A stretch of 64,000 nt of DNA, taken from NCBI GenBank assembly GCA_963662585.1, contig OY759729.1:2912001-2976000 (forward strand), in the 5' to 3' direction. Of the stretch, positions 38,912-47,696 are shown in pieces (the stretch's first letter is position 1; the number at the start of each line of letters is the position of its first letter). A program made the position numbers and the translations under genes. This stretch comes from Candidatus Cloacimonadales bacterium. Lineage in GTDB: Bacteria > Cloacimonadota > Cloacimonadia > Cloacimonadales > JAFGVF01. The notes under the pieces were generated by a model, which was given only the letters and a program-made list of their open reading frames with translations, made no database searches and was not told the DNA's origin.

Positions 38912-40196
38912 TCTTCTTTATAATTTATTCAGTCAAGTTAATAAAGAAAATGCTAGAAAATATGCTAATTCTTTAAAAAAGTATAATATTCATACAATTG
39001 GTCAATTATATGGAGCTCTTAACCCTCTTTTACCTAAAGTTACTGCACATCAAGTTAAAGAAAAAGCTTTAGCTGCTAATTACTTAAAATCTATAGAGAA
39101 AGTTAGAAGTCATGAATATCAAACAGCTACTTTAAAGAAAATTATTAAGGCACCTGCAGGAGAAATTGATAAAATAAGTAAGTTACTTAATAAAGTAGAA
39201 ATTCCTGCTAGTTCCTTAAAAAACAATAAATCAGTGCTCTCTTTAGGTTGTAAAAATTCTAAATATAACTTTAGAACAAGTTTTTGGTCTCAAGCTCCTA
39301 TACCAATAAATAGAGGGGAAGGACTTTTCGTAGTACCTAACTACTCTGATGCTGGAAGTGTCTTTAATCAAGGACAGCGTGGTACTTGTGTAGCTAATGC
39401 TACAGTTACCTTACTTGATTTTTTAACTAAAGAAAACTATTCCCGTCAGTTTCTTCACCACCAATGTAAAATGCTAGATGGAAGTCCCAATACGGGAGGA
39501 ACCTATTTAGAAATAGCTGCAAAAGTTTTATCCTTGGAATTGCTAAAAGACTATGGTTGTGTTGATGAAGACTCGTGGGGATATAATCCTTTTGAAGATT
39601 CAACTGAACATCAGGGACCACCACCTGAGAAAAGTTTTAATGGCCAACGCTTTGTAGGTAAAGAGATAGCCTATGTGCGAGAAAGCTCATCAGTAAAAGA
39701 TATTATAACTCTTCTTTCAGGTAGTAATGTTGCAAAACCTGTCCCGGTAGTAATTGGTGTTACTCTTTATTCATCATTTAATAATTACTCTTCTCAGCGA
39801 ACTGGTTGGGTAACTATGCCTTTACCTGGTGAATCAATTATTGGTGGACATGCCATGTTGATAGTTGGTTATAATCAAGAACAAAAGCTTTTCTTGGTTC
39901 GGAATAGCTGGGGATTTGATTGGGCTGTTGAAAATAAATGGGGATATCCAGGTCATGCTATAATTCCTTTTGCTTATATAAAAAAATATCTTCATGCAGG
40001 ATTCTCGGTTACTGAACATGATACAGAAGAATTTGTTGTTCCTGAAAAAGACAGGCTATACAATAAAAAAATTAGGTTAGAATCAGGTCAATTAGCAGCA
40101 TCAAAAAGAAGTGCAACTACTCATAAGAAGACAAAAAAGACCACTAAGAAGGCTAGTAAAAAGAAAGGCTTTTTTGAAAGATTGTTTAATAAATAG
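38892..40196 (+). CDS. Papain-like (C1A) cysteine peptidase
   Basis: NQGQRGTCVANA (Q, C), GGHAMLIVGY (H), VRNSWG (N); no signal peptide. Confidence 0.9.
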   Translation: MIMRENDLLYNLFSQVNKENARKYANSLKKYNIHTIGQLYGALNPLLPKVTAHQVKEKALAANYLKSIEKVRSHEYQTATLKKIIKAPAGEIDKISKLLNKVEIPASSLKNNKSVLSLGCKNSKYNFRTSFWSQAPIPINRGEGLFVVPNYSDAGSVFNQGQRGTCVANATVTLLDFLTKENYSRQFLHHQCKMLDGSPNTGGTYLEIAAKVLSLELLKDYGCVDEDSWGYNPFEDSTEHQGPPPEKSFNGQRFVGKEIAYVRESSSVKDIITLLSGSNVAKPVPVVIGVTLYSSFNNYSSQRTGWVTMPLPGESIIGGHAMLIVGYNQEQKLFLVRNSWGFDWAVENKWGYPGHAIIPFAYIKKYLHAGFSVTEHDTEEFVVPEKDRLYNKKIRLESGQLAASKRSATTHKKTKKTTKKASKKKGFFERLFNK

Positions 40197-40219
40197 TAAG
40201 GGGAAAAATGTTATTAATA

Positions 40220-40407
40220 CTAATCTTTCCGACATGAGTTAAGTTGTTGTTTAACAGTAAAATAAGTCAATTTACTTCTTGACAAAAATACCTCGTATAT
40301 GATTATAGTTTAGTTGTTTACGGAAATAAACGAAACTATAAAAAACGAGGTATATATGCTAAAAAAATACAAACAGGGAAAAGTGTCAAGCTTGAATTCA
40401 GGATTAA
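40220..40407 (+). mobile_element. Truncated, inverted copy of the 5' end of the adjacent IS
   Basis: 188 bp, reverse complement of 41875-42062 with 4 mismatches by my count; includes the terminal IR and first transposase codons. Confidence 0.9.
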
Positions 40408-40409
40408 AA

Positions 40410-42062
40410 CTAATCTTTCCGACACCTAAGTTATTGCAAATAAAATACTAATTTGCACATCATAGCGACTCATATGTCTTTTTATCAGTTGATTATGCAA
40501 TTCTGCCATTATACCGAATATCTACCTCTGTGATTTTATCTATAATTTCTTCATTTTCAAAGAATTTTCTTATCATGATATCAACATCCTTTCTTAACTC
40601 AGTTAAATTTGTGTATCCATAAGCTATTGAATAATCGATGAAGTCTTTTACTTTTTGAGTAAAAATCGTATTAATAAATATGATTAATGATGCATCTTCA
40701 ATCTCTTCATAAAATTCAATTAATAACTGTTCCATAGAAGGATATGGTTTTTGCTGTTTTTTGTAACATAGTATGTTATAAAAAACATACCTAATAGTCA
40801 AATCAGCTATCATAGCAGAGTATTTTGAAGAATGGCTCTGATTATATCCAAAATATTGTTTAATCTCTTTAAATACACATTCTATTGACCATCTTCTCAT
40901 ATAAATTTTTAAAACTTCTATTTCTGAAAGTTGTAAATCAGTTGCTAAAATAGCCTTCCATCTTTTAACATTAGGGTACTTAAAAAAGCATATTTTAATC
41001 TTTTCTATTACTTTTCTTTCATTTATTTTTCTTGAACTTGAAGTATCTAATAATTCAACAATAACAGATTTATATTTTATTCCTGATTTCCTATCATAAA
41101 ACCATTTATCAGCTATTTTGTTTAGGGTTTTCAAATCACAAAATTGACTTTTAAAATTATATTTCTGAGAACCATTTTTTAACATAGACACTAGTGTTAT
41201 TCCAAGTGGTACAAGTCTTTCAAATACAAAGTTATAACTTGTGTTGTTATTGAACCAAGAATCCCATAATACATATTTAAAAGGTATTTTTCTCTGAATA
41301 GTGCGTTTTATCATTTTAATTACAATTTGAGTCTTCTTTTCTTTTGAGAAACGATTTCTTTGCTCAGTATGAGTGCCTTTGTGGTATCTGGGTATTTTTG
41401 ACTTTTTGACTTTTTTCTTTCCAATTCTTAATTCAAAATCTAATACAATAGCTGATACCCCATTACTCCACACTTCAGTTATGTTTTGAAACCCTTTGAA
41501 GTATTTTGATAAACAGTGATCATGAAACCAACAGATATATTCTGTCTTTTTCCCTGTTTTTACTTTCGATGTATCATCAAAAATTATACAATTATCATTT
41601 TCACAGGAAGTATCACTTAGCTTAATAAACCTTAAAGCAACTTTATATAATAGATTTCTCCATTTATAATTAGAGTTGTTTAGCATATCATTAATGGGTG
41701 TTTTAAATTTTGATATATTATTGAATTTTAGACCAAAATATAAGGAATTTTTATTCTCAAGAATCATGAACATAAAAAGAAGCATCAATTCAATGATGGT
41801 ATGACCTTTTTGTTTTACTATACCAACTTGCTTCAAAATACTTCCAAATTTAAATATTTCATATAACTCTATTATTAATCCTGAATTCAAGCTTGACACT
41901 TTTACCTGTTTGTATTTTTTTAGCATATATACCTCGTTTTTTATAGTTTCGTTTATTTCCGTAAACAACTAAACTATAATCATATACGAGGTATTTTTGT
42001 CTAGAAGAAAATTGACTTATTTTGCTGTTAAACAACAACTTAACTCATGTCGGAAAGATTAG
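40410..42062 (-). mobile_element. Insertion sequence (IS4 superfamily; IS701/ISH3-like), ~1.65 kb
   Basis: 15-bp terminal IRs CTAATCTTTCCGACA / TGTCGGAAAGATTAG enclosing a DDE transposase; no clear target-site duplication. Confidence 0.9.
40493..41926 (-). CDS. DDE transposase
   Basis: IIFDDT, VLWDSWF, YMRRWSIECVFKEIKQ (Y-2-R-3-E-6-K); start set at ATG 41926 with GAGG RBS. Confidence 0.92.
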   Translation of the reverse strand: MLKKYKQVKVSSLNSGLIIELYEIFKFGSILKQVGIVKQKGHTIIELMLLFMFMILENKNSLYFGLKFNNISKFKTPINDMLNNSNYKWRNLLYKVALRFIKLSDTSCENDNCIIFDDTSKVKTGKKTEYICWFHDHCLSKYFKGFQNITEVWSNGVSAIVLDFELRIGKKKVKKSKIPRYHKGTHTEQRNRFSKEKKTQIVIKMIKRTIQRKIPFKYVLWDSWFNNNTSYNFVFERLVPLGITLVSMLKNGSQKYNFKSQFCDLKTLNKIADKWFYDRKSGIKYKSVIVELLDTSSSRKINERKVIEKIKICFFKYPNVKRWKAILATDLQLSEIEVLKIYMRRWSIECVFKEIKQYFGYNQSHSSKYSAMIADLTIRYVFYNILCYKKQQKPYPSMEQLLIEFYEEIEDASLIIFINTIFTQKVKDFIDYSIAYGYTNLTELRKDVDIMIRKFFENEEIIDKITEVDIRYNGRIA

Positions 42063-42188
42063 TGATAATTACACCTTCATTTGTTAACTCAAATTTGTTG
42101 TGGCTACTATCAATGATGAGCTCTAATTTCCCGAAATATTTTTCTATAATTTCTGATATTGCCAATCGGTTATTTTTGGCTAAAGTTA

Positions 42189-42334
42189 AAGTCTGGTGGT
42201 AGAAAAGAAGTTTTTATAAAAATAAAATACTATATAACAACATGCTATCCTGATTATGTAAATATATATAGTAACTTGTACTTACTATTCTACTAACCAA
42301 GCACGCAAAGAACAATGACTATACCACCAGACTT
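42189..42334. repeat. 146-bp element with 13-bp perfect terminal inverted repeats (MITE-like)
   Basis: AAGTCTGGTGGTA (42189-42201) / TACCACCAGACTT (42322-42334). Confidence 0.45.
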
Positions 42335-42358
42335 GGTCAAGAGCTATATAATCTAATG

Positions 42359-44911
42359 TTATTTTTTATAAGTTTTCTCCCATAGTCTTTGAAATGTAAA
42401 ATCATTTATCTCCTTTAGATACTCTTCACCAATTTTTGAGAAGCTAGATGGAATTTCAGTTATTTCTGGTGCAGAATAAAGACCAAGAAGGAGGAGCATG
42501 AATTTTTCTTCTGCAGTAGTACCCATTTTTGTAATTTCTGTGATTCCAGCTAAATCACCCTCTACTGCTTTATCTTTTAGTTTTTGCAATTGTTTACTGT
42601 ATCTATTTTCTCTTTCAAAATGATAGTCTCGAGCATAAGAAAATATTTTGTTCATATTCGAACCATTTTCATCAGTTTCAATCAGTATCTTTTGGGCAAG
42701 ACGAAATCCTGACTGAATAGGGGATGCATTACCGCAGACATCAAATACTTCTGAACGATAATTATCATCGTCAAGATTAACTAAAATATCTTTTAAAATG
42801 CTTTCCTTATCGATTCCTTCAGATCTATATTGTTCTTCAAGATGTATAATCAGATAACGCAAAATATACTCTTTTGCCCAACCCCGTTTATCTTTACATT
42901 TCAGGCACCAATCGGTAATTTTTTTCTTACTTCTAAAAAGCTTTTCTTGATTACTATCGTCTCCCTTAATATACTCACGCAAAGACTCATGAAATAGCTG
43001 ATATGTTTTTTTTCTGATAGGGTTTTCTATGCATAGTTCTTGGCAAGCATTCAAAGCTTTTTTTTCAGCTAATTCGTCATCTACACCGCAGATTGAAGCT
43101 AACATCTCTCCGGAAAGATAATCTTTTGCAACTGCCAGAGTTCTTAGAAATTCTAATGAAAATGGGGTTTGACTTATTCTCTCGAATATCTTTTCGTACA
43201 TTTCTTCCATTTTTTCAGGTAGATTGATAGCATTGTTAATTTTAAAATCACCTTGGTAAAGACCTTCACATAATAACTTGAGGTAAAGAGGGTTACCTTT
43301 GCTTTTTACCGATACTGCCTCAACATAATCTTGATGTAAATCATATTTATTTACATGCTCATGTAGCAATGATCGGGTATCTTCTATACTAAGCCCGCTA
43401 ATTTTTAATTGATTGTGATTTTCTCGATCTAGCCTATTATAGACTTTTTCTTTGACTTCAGGATTTTCTCGTGATGAATAAATAACCAAAATTTTACTAG
43501 GTACATAGGCAGGTAGGGATTCTAGTAATTCTTCTACTTCAGCCCCTTCGTCGAGACCATCAATAATCAAAACAAGTCGTTGATGGGATTTTAGAATTCC
43601 CGAAATGTGTTCTAGTGATTGAGAAATCGCTTCTTGTTTTTCTTTTATACTAGCCCCAGGTTTTATACCTGTACGGTAGTTGCGTTGTAAGCTAGCAAAC
43701 ATATGATCTAAAAATTGATCAGTGTTGTTTGTTCGCATATCTCTTCTGATAAAATATTCAATAATACATAGATCAGAAGCTGATATACCACCTATAATCC
43801 CAGCTTGTTCTCTAATCATTTGTGACCATCCTAACATCTGAACAGTTCTTGCTAAAAGTGCACTTTTTCCTACACCAGGACCTCCCCAAATCATCAAAAA
43901 ACCTCTTTCGTTCTGAGATAAAAAATCTGTCATTTTTTGTAGTTCTTTTTTTCTACCTTTGAAGTTCTCTGTAAGTAGCTCTACTTTGTCTTTAAATTTA
44001 TCTGATGAAATTTCTTGCCAATCATAAATGGGATATTTTTGTAGAAGTTCATCTTTTAATGAAGAGCTCCTTTCATGTAGGCATCTATCATAATTAAGAA
44101 TAGTTGCTTCTTTTTCACGAAAATCATTGTAAAAGAAGTAAAGATTCAAATCCTTTTTTAAGATAATTAAGGGATGAAGAGATAGTGGACTCCCATCTTT
44201 TTTTAAAATATATACTTTTTCATTCTCTACTTTTAATTCTATATTTCTAAGATGATAAGCTTTTGAAAGCAAATTTTTAAAACGGGGAAGATATTTATCT
44301 AGATCACTTTGACACTGTTTATCAGGAGGTGTAGCTCCGTGAGCATACCCATTCCGGAAACTTATTAGATTATCTCCTTTTTCAAGTTCTTTGAATAACA
44401 ACCCTTTATTACTAAGATACTTTTCTATTCCTAGTAAAGCTGGTTGGTAGTTACTTTTGATCATATCTTGATTACATTCTCTAGCAAATGCCCACCAAAT
44501 ACCTAGACTCGGAGTTCTCAATCCTTTACAGAGAAGCCCTTTCAGGCTGTCTGAGACATTTTCTTTTTCAAAATAGTCACTGACAACAATAACAGTATGC
44601 AATTTTATAAAGGCTTCGATGGCATCAATTAATCGATGAACTTTACGAAAAGGTTGAATCTCTTCATTAAGCTCTTTGATTACTTGTCTGAGTATGTGAG
44701 GAAGTTCTTCCTCTTTCACATCTACTTCTTTTTTCTCTTTAATGATTATTTTACATAAGGGGGGATCTAAAGAAGGATTTACTTCAACAAGGTCACTGTG
44801 AAGTTCTTCTGCTTCTAGCAAAGCTGTTTGTAAGGGTACAATTGTGGGTTTCTTGTATGATGGTGAGATTAATTGAATTGGATCTGTATCTATTTCTCTA
44901 TTTTTTCTCAT
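42359..44911 (-). CDS. IF3-N-like domain + HEPN-like (Rx4H) module + NACHT/STAND NTPase + helical C-terminus
   Basis: Residues 2-56 match the IF3 N-domain pattern; FRNGYAHG; Walker A GGPGVGKS; Walker B LIIDGLDE; SKGNPLY (GxP); YQLFHESLREY. Confidence 0.85.
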   Translation of the reverse strand: MRKNREIDTDPIQLISPSYKKPTIVPLQTALLEAEELHSDLVEVNPSLDPPLCKIIIKEKKEVDVKEEELPHILRQVIKELNEEIQPFRKVHRLIDAIEAFIKLHTVIVVSDYFEKENVSDSLKGLLCKGLRTPSLGIWWAFARECNQDMIKSNYQPALLGIEKYLSNKGLLFKELEKGDNLISFRNGYAHGATPPDKQCQSDLDKYLPRFKNLLSKAYHLRNIELKVENEKVYILKKDGSPLSLHPLIILKKDLNLYFFYNDFREKEATILNYDRCLHERSSSLKDELLQKYPIYDWQEISSDKFKDKVELLTENFKGRKKELQKMTDFLSQNERGFLMIWGGPGVGKSALLARTVQMLGWSQMIREQAGIIGGISASDLCIIEYFIRRDMRTNNTDQFLDHMFASLQRNYRTGIKPGASIKEKQEAISQSLEHISGILKSHQRLVLIIDGLDEGAEVEELLESLPAYVPSKILVIYSSRENPEVKEKVYNRLDRENHNQLKISGLSIEDTRSLLHEHVNKYDLHQDYVEAVSVKSKGNPLYLKLLCEGLYQGDFKINNAINLPEKMEEMYEKIFERISQTPFSLEFLRTLAVAKDYLSGEMLASICGVDDELAEKKALNACQELCIENPIRKKTYQLFHESLREYIKGDDSNQEKLFRSKKKITDWCLKCKDKRGWAKEYILRYLIIHLEEQYRSEGIDKESILKDILVNLDDDNYRSEVFDVCGNASPIQSGFRLAQKILIETDENGSNMNKIFSYARDYHFERENRYSKQLQKLKDKAVEGDLAGITEITKMGTTAEEKFMLLLLGLYSAPEITEIPSSFSKIGEEYLKEINDFTFQRLWEKTYKK

Positions 44912-44913
44912 TT

Positions 44914-47694
44914 TTACTCTCCTTTTGCAATTCGATCAATAATTTCATCAACATCGAGTTTTTCTAATAGTTCTTCTTCCATAAGAGAGAGTAAAATCCC
45001 TTTTTTTAGATATCCTGCTACTAGATCAGGTTTATTCTCTATTTTGCTGATATAATTTTTTAATTTCCGTTTATTGATATATTCACCAATAATATCACTG
45101 TTAAGAAATGTCTCAACCAGTTCTCGAGAATTAGTATCCTCTGAAGAATCTGGAAAAAATTCTTTGATAAGATTCTTGACAAACTCTGATTCGGGATGTT
45201 GTTTCAATAAAGTTTCAAGAAGAAGAGTGAGTTGTTCCGATTCTGTTTCCATTATAAAAAGTAACTGATATACATTTTTAATAGGTTCTGTAAATTCAGG
45301 TATATTCATTAACTTGCTAGCCAATCTACTCTTAATCATAAAGTCATTTACCTCATTCAGCATTATACCAGCTTCTTCAGGAGAGTTCTTTGCTAAAATA
45401 CCAATAAAATTAGCTAATAATTTCTCTTTTATATGTGGAGAAGAAATTTCTTGAAGACAAGTTTTTGCTTTCTTAATATTATTAGCTTGAAGATAATAGT
45501 TTGAAATTGCTGAATAGACTTTATCTCTCCAAAGGGGATTATTTAAATCAGAAATTAATTCCAATATCTTCTTTACTTTTTCATTAATCCCCATTACTGA
45601 ATAGAATAAGCATGCTTCTGGAGCAATCTTTCTTAGTTCTTTTGTATCATTATAAAAGGGCTCTAACAAGTTTTCAACATAATCAGTAGACCATTCTCTA
45701 GCATTCTCTTCTATATCTGTAAGTTTAGATAATATAGTAGGAGTGAATTTTTCAGGGAAAGATTGGTTAAAAATTTTTTTATATAAGGGATATTTTAACT
45801 TTATAGCAGAAGTAAAAAATCTTTTTATTGTTTCTGTTTCCAGCTCTTTTAGTTTTAAGAGAATTTCCAGAACCTTTAGATGGTTGGTTACATCTAGTTT
45901 TTGTAAGACTAAAAAATCAAGCACTTTAAAAAGTGTTTCTGTATACTTTTTGATATCATGTGTTTTTTCTAGCAGAGCAACCCACTCTTTAATATTATTT
46001 TCAATAAATTCTACATCTTGTCTCTTCATAGAAGTTGTCATTAAAATCATGGCTTTTCTAAAAGGATTAATATTATATTCTAGTTCTCGCAAATTGATAC
46101 AATTTGCTAAAGGGTCAATACTTTTCATTGCAATACAATCATACAATCTTAACTCTTTTAAAGAATGTAGATAACTAATACTTGAAATATCGATTAAAGA
46201 TCCACACCAGCTTAAATCTAATTCTATAAGATTGGTAAGATTTGCAAGTCCATCAATATTTTGCAATGAATCACACGAATTTAAATTTAATGTAGTCAGA
46301 TTGGTAAGATTTGCAAGTCCATCAATATTTTGCAATGAATCACACGAACTTAAATTTAATTCAGTTATGTTCGTGAGATTTTTCAGTTCATCAATATTCT
46401 TTAGTGAATTACAAGAACTTAAATGTAATTCAGTCAGATTCGTGAGATTTTTCAGTCCATCAATATTCTTTAATGATTTACAGGAGCTTAAAATTAACTC
46501 AGTCAGATTCGTAAGATTTTTCAGTCCATCAATATTCTTTAGTGATTCACAGGAGCTTAAACTTAAGCCAGTCAGATTTGTGAGATTTTCTAGTCCATCA
46601 ATATTTTTTAGTGAATTACAATAGCTTAAATCTAATCCAGTCAGATTAGTGAGATTTTTCAGTCCATCAATATTCTTTAGTGAATAACAATAGCTTAAAA
46701 TTAATACAGTAAGATTCGTGAGATTTTTCAGTCCATCAATATTCTCTAGTAATTCACACCAGCTTAAATCTAATCCAGTCAGATTAGTGAGATTTTTAAG
46801 TTTATCAATATTCTCCAGTAATTCACAGGAGCTTAAATCTAATTCAGTCAGATTGGTAAGGTTTACTAATCCATCAACATTCTCTAGTGATTTACAGGAG
46901 CTTAAATTTAATTCAGTCAGGTTCGTGAGATTTTTCAGTCCATCAATATTCTTTAGTGATTCACAGGAGCTTAAACTTAAGCCAGTCAGATCCATGAGGT
47001 TTTTCATTCCATCAACATCTTCTAGTGATTTACAGTAGCTTAAATCCAATTTTGTCAGATTGGTGAGATTTTTCAGTCCATCAATATTCTTTAGTGATTC
47101 ACAGGAGCTTAAACTTAAGACAGTCAGATCGATGAGGTTTTTCATTCCATCAATATTCTCTAGTAATTCACAGGAGCTTAAATTTAATTCAGTCAGATTA
47201 GTGAGATTTTTCAGTCCATCAACATTCTCTAGTGATTCACAAGAGCTTAAATCTATTTCGGTCAGATTCGTAAGATTTACTAATCCATCAACATTCTCTA
47301 GTGATTCACAGGAGCTTAAATCCAATTCAGTTAGATTGATAAGATTTTTTAGTCCATCAATATTCTTTAGTGATTCACAGAAGCATAAATCTAATTCAGT
47401 CAGATTGGTAAGATTTATTAATCCATCAACATTCTCTAGTGATTCACAGGAGCTTAAATTTAATTTAGTCAGTTTCGTGAGATTTTTCAGTCCATCAATA
47501 TTCTTTAATGATTCACAGGATCTTAAATTTAACTCAGTCAGATTCGTAAGATTTACTAATCCATCAACATTCTCTAGTGATCTACAGTAGTTTAAATCCA
47601 ATTCAGTTAGATTTTCTTTGTCCTGAAACTTAGAAAAATCGATTATTTCTTCATTTCTTGCTTCAGCAATATCTTCTAATTTTCTTATTTCCAC
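44914..47694 (-). CDS. Cytoplasmic leucine-rich repeat protein with helical C-terminal domain
   Basis: About 22 repeats of 23 aa (NLTELxLSxCxSLxNIDGLxNLT); GTG start with AAGGAG RBS; no signal peptide. Confidence 0.93.
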   Translation of the reverse strand: MEIRKLEDIAEARNEEIIDFSKFQDKENLTELDLNYCRSLENVDGLVNLTNLTELNLRSCESLKNIDGLKNLTKLTKLNLSSCESLENVDGLINLTNLTELDLCFCESLKNIDGLKNLINLTELDLSSCESLENVDGLVNLTNLTEIDLSSCESLENVDGLKNLTNLTELNLSSCELLENIDGMKNLIDLTVLSLSSCESLKNIDGLKNLTNLTKLDLSYCKSLEDVDGMKNLMDLTGLSLSSCESLKNIDGLKNLTNLTELNLSSCKSLENVDGLVNLTNLTELDLSSCELLENIDKLKNLTNLTGLDLSWCELLENIDGLKNLTNLTVLILSYCYSLKNIDGLKNLTNLTGLDLSYCNSLKNIDGLENLTNLTGLSLSSCESLKNIDGLKNLTNLTELILSSCKSLKNIDGLKNLTNLTELHLSSCNSLKNIDELKNLTNITELNLSSCDSLQNIDGLANLTNLTTLNLNSCDSLQNIDGLANLTNLIELDLSWCGSLIDISSISYLHSLKELRLYDCIAMKSIDPLANCINLRELEYNINPFRKAMILMTTSMKRQDVEFIENNIKEWVALLEKTHDIKKYTETLFKVLDFLVLQKLDVTNHLKVLEILLKLKELETETIKRFFTSAIKLKYPLYKKIFNQSFPEKFTPTILSKLTDIEENAREWSTDYVENLLEPFYNDTKELRKIAPEACLFYSVMGINEKVKKILELISDLNNPLWRDKVYSAISNYYLQANNIKKAKTCLQEISSPHIKEKLLANFIGILAKNSPEEAGIMLNEVNDFMIKSRLASKLMNIPEFTEPIKNVYQLLFIMETESEQLTLLLETLLKQHPESEFVKNLIKEFFPDSSEDTNSRELVETFLNSDIIGEYINKRKLKNYISKIENKPDLVAGYLKKGILLSLMEEELLEKLDVDEIIDRIAKGE
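46096..47613 (-). repeat. 69-bp coding tandem repeat array (LRR): 20 conserved + 2 degenerate units
   Basis: Counted from the translation; the DNA periodicity also produces stop-poor antisense shadow ORFs. Confidence 0.9.
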
Positions 47695-47696
47695 TT

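Noticed and set aside
44744..44911. A genuine infC gene
   Set aside because: Only the N-domain-like part is present, in frame with an NTPase; no IF3 C-domain and no rpmI/rplT neighbours.
46232..47590. Repetitive + strand ORFs (130, 106, 176 aa) and a possible CRISPR-like periodicity
   Set aside because: Antisense shadows of the 69-bp LRR coding repeats; no unique spacers and no cas genes.
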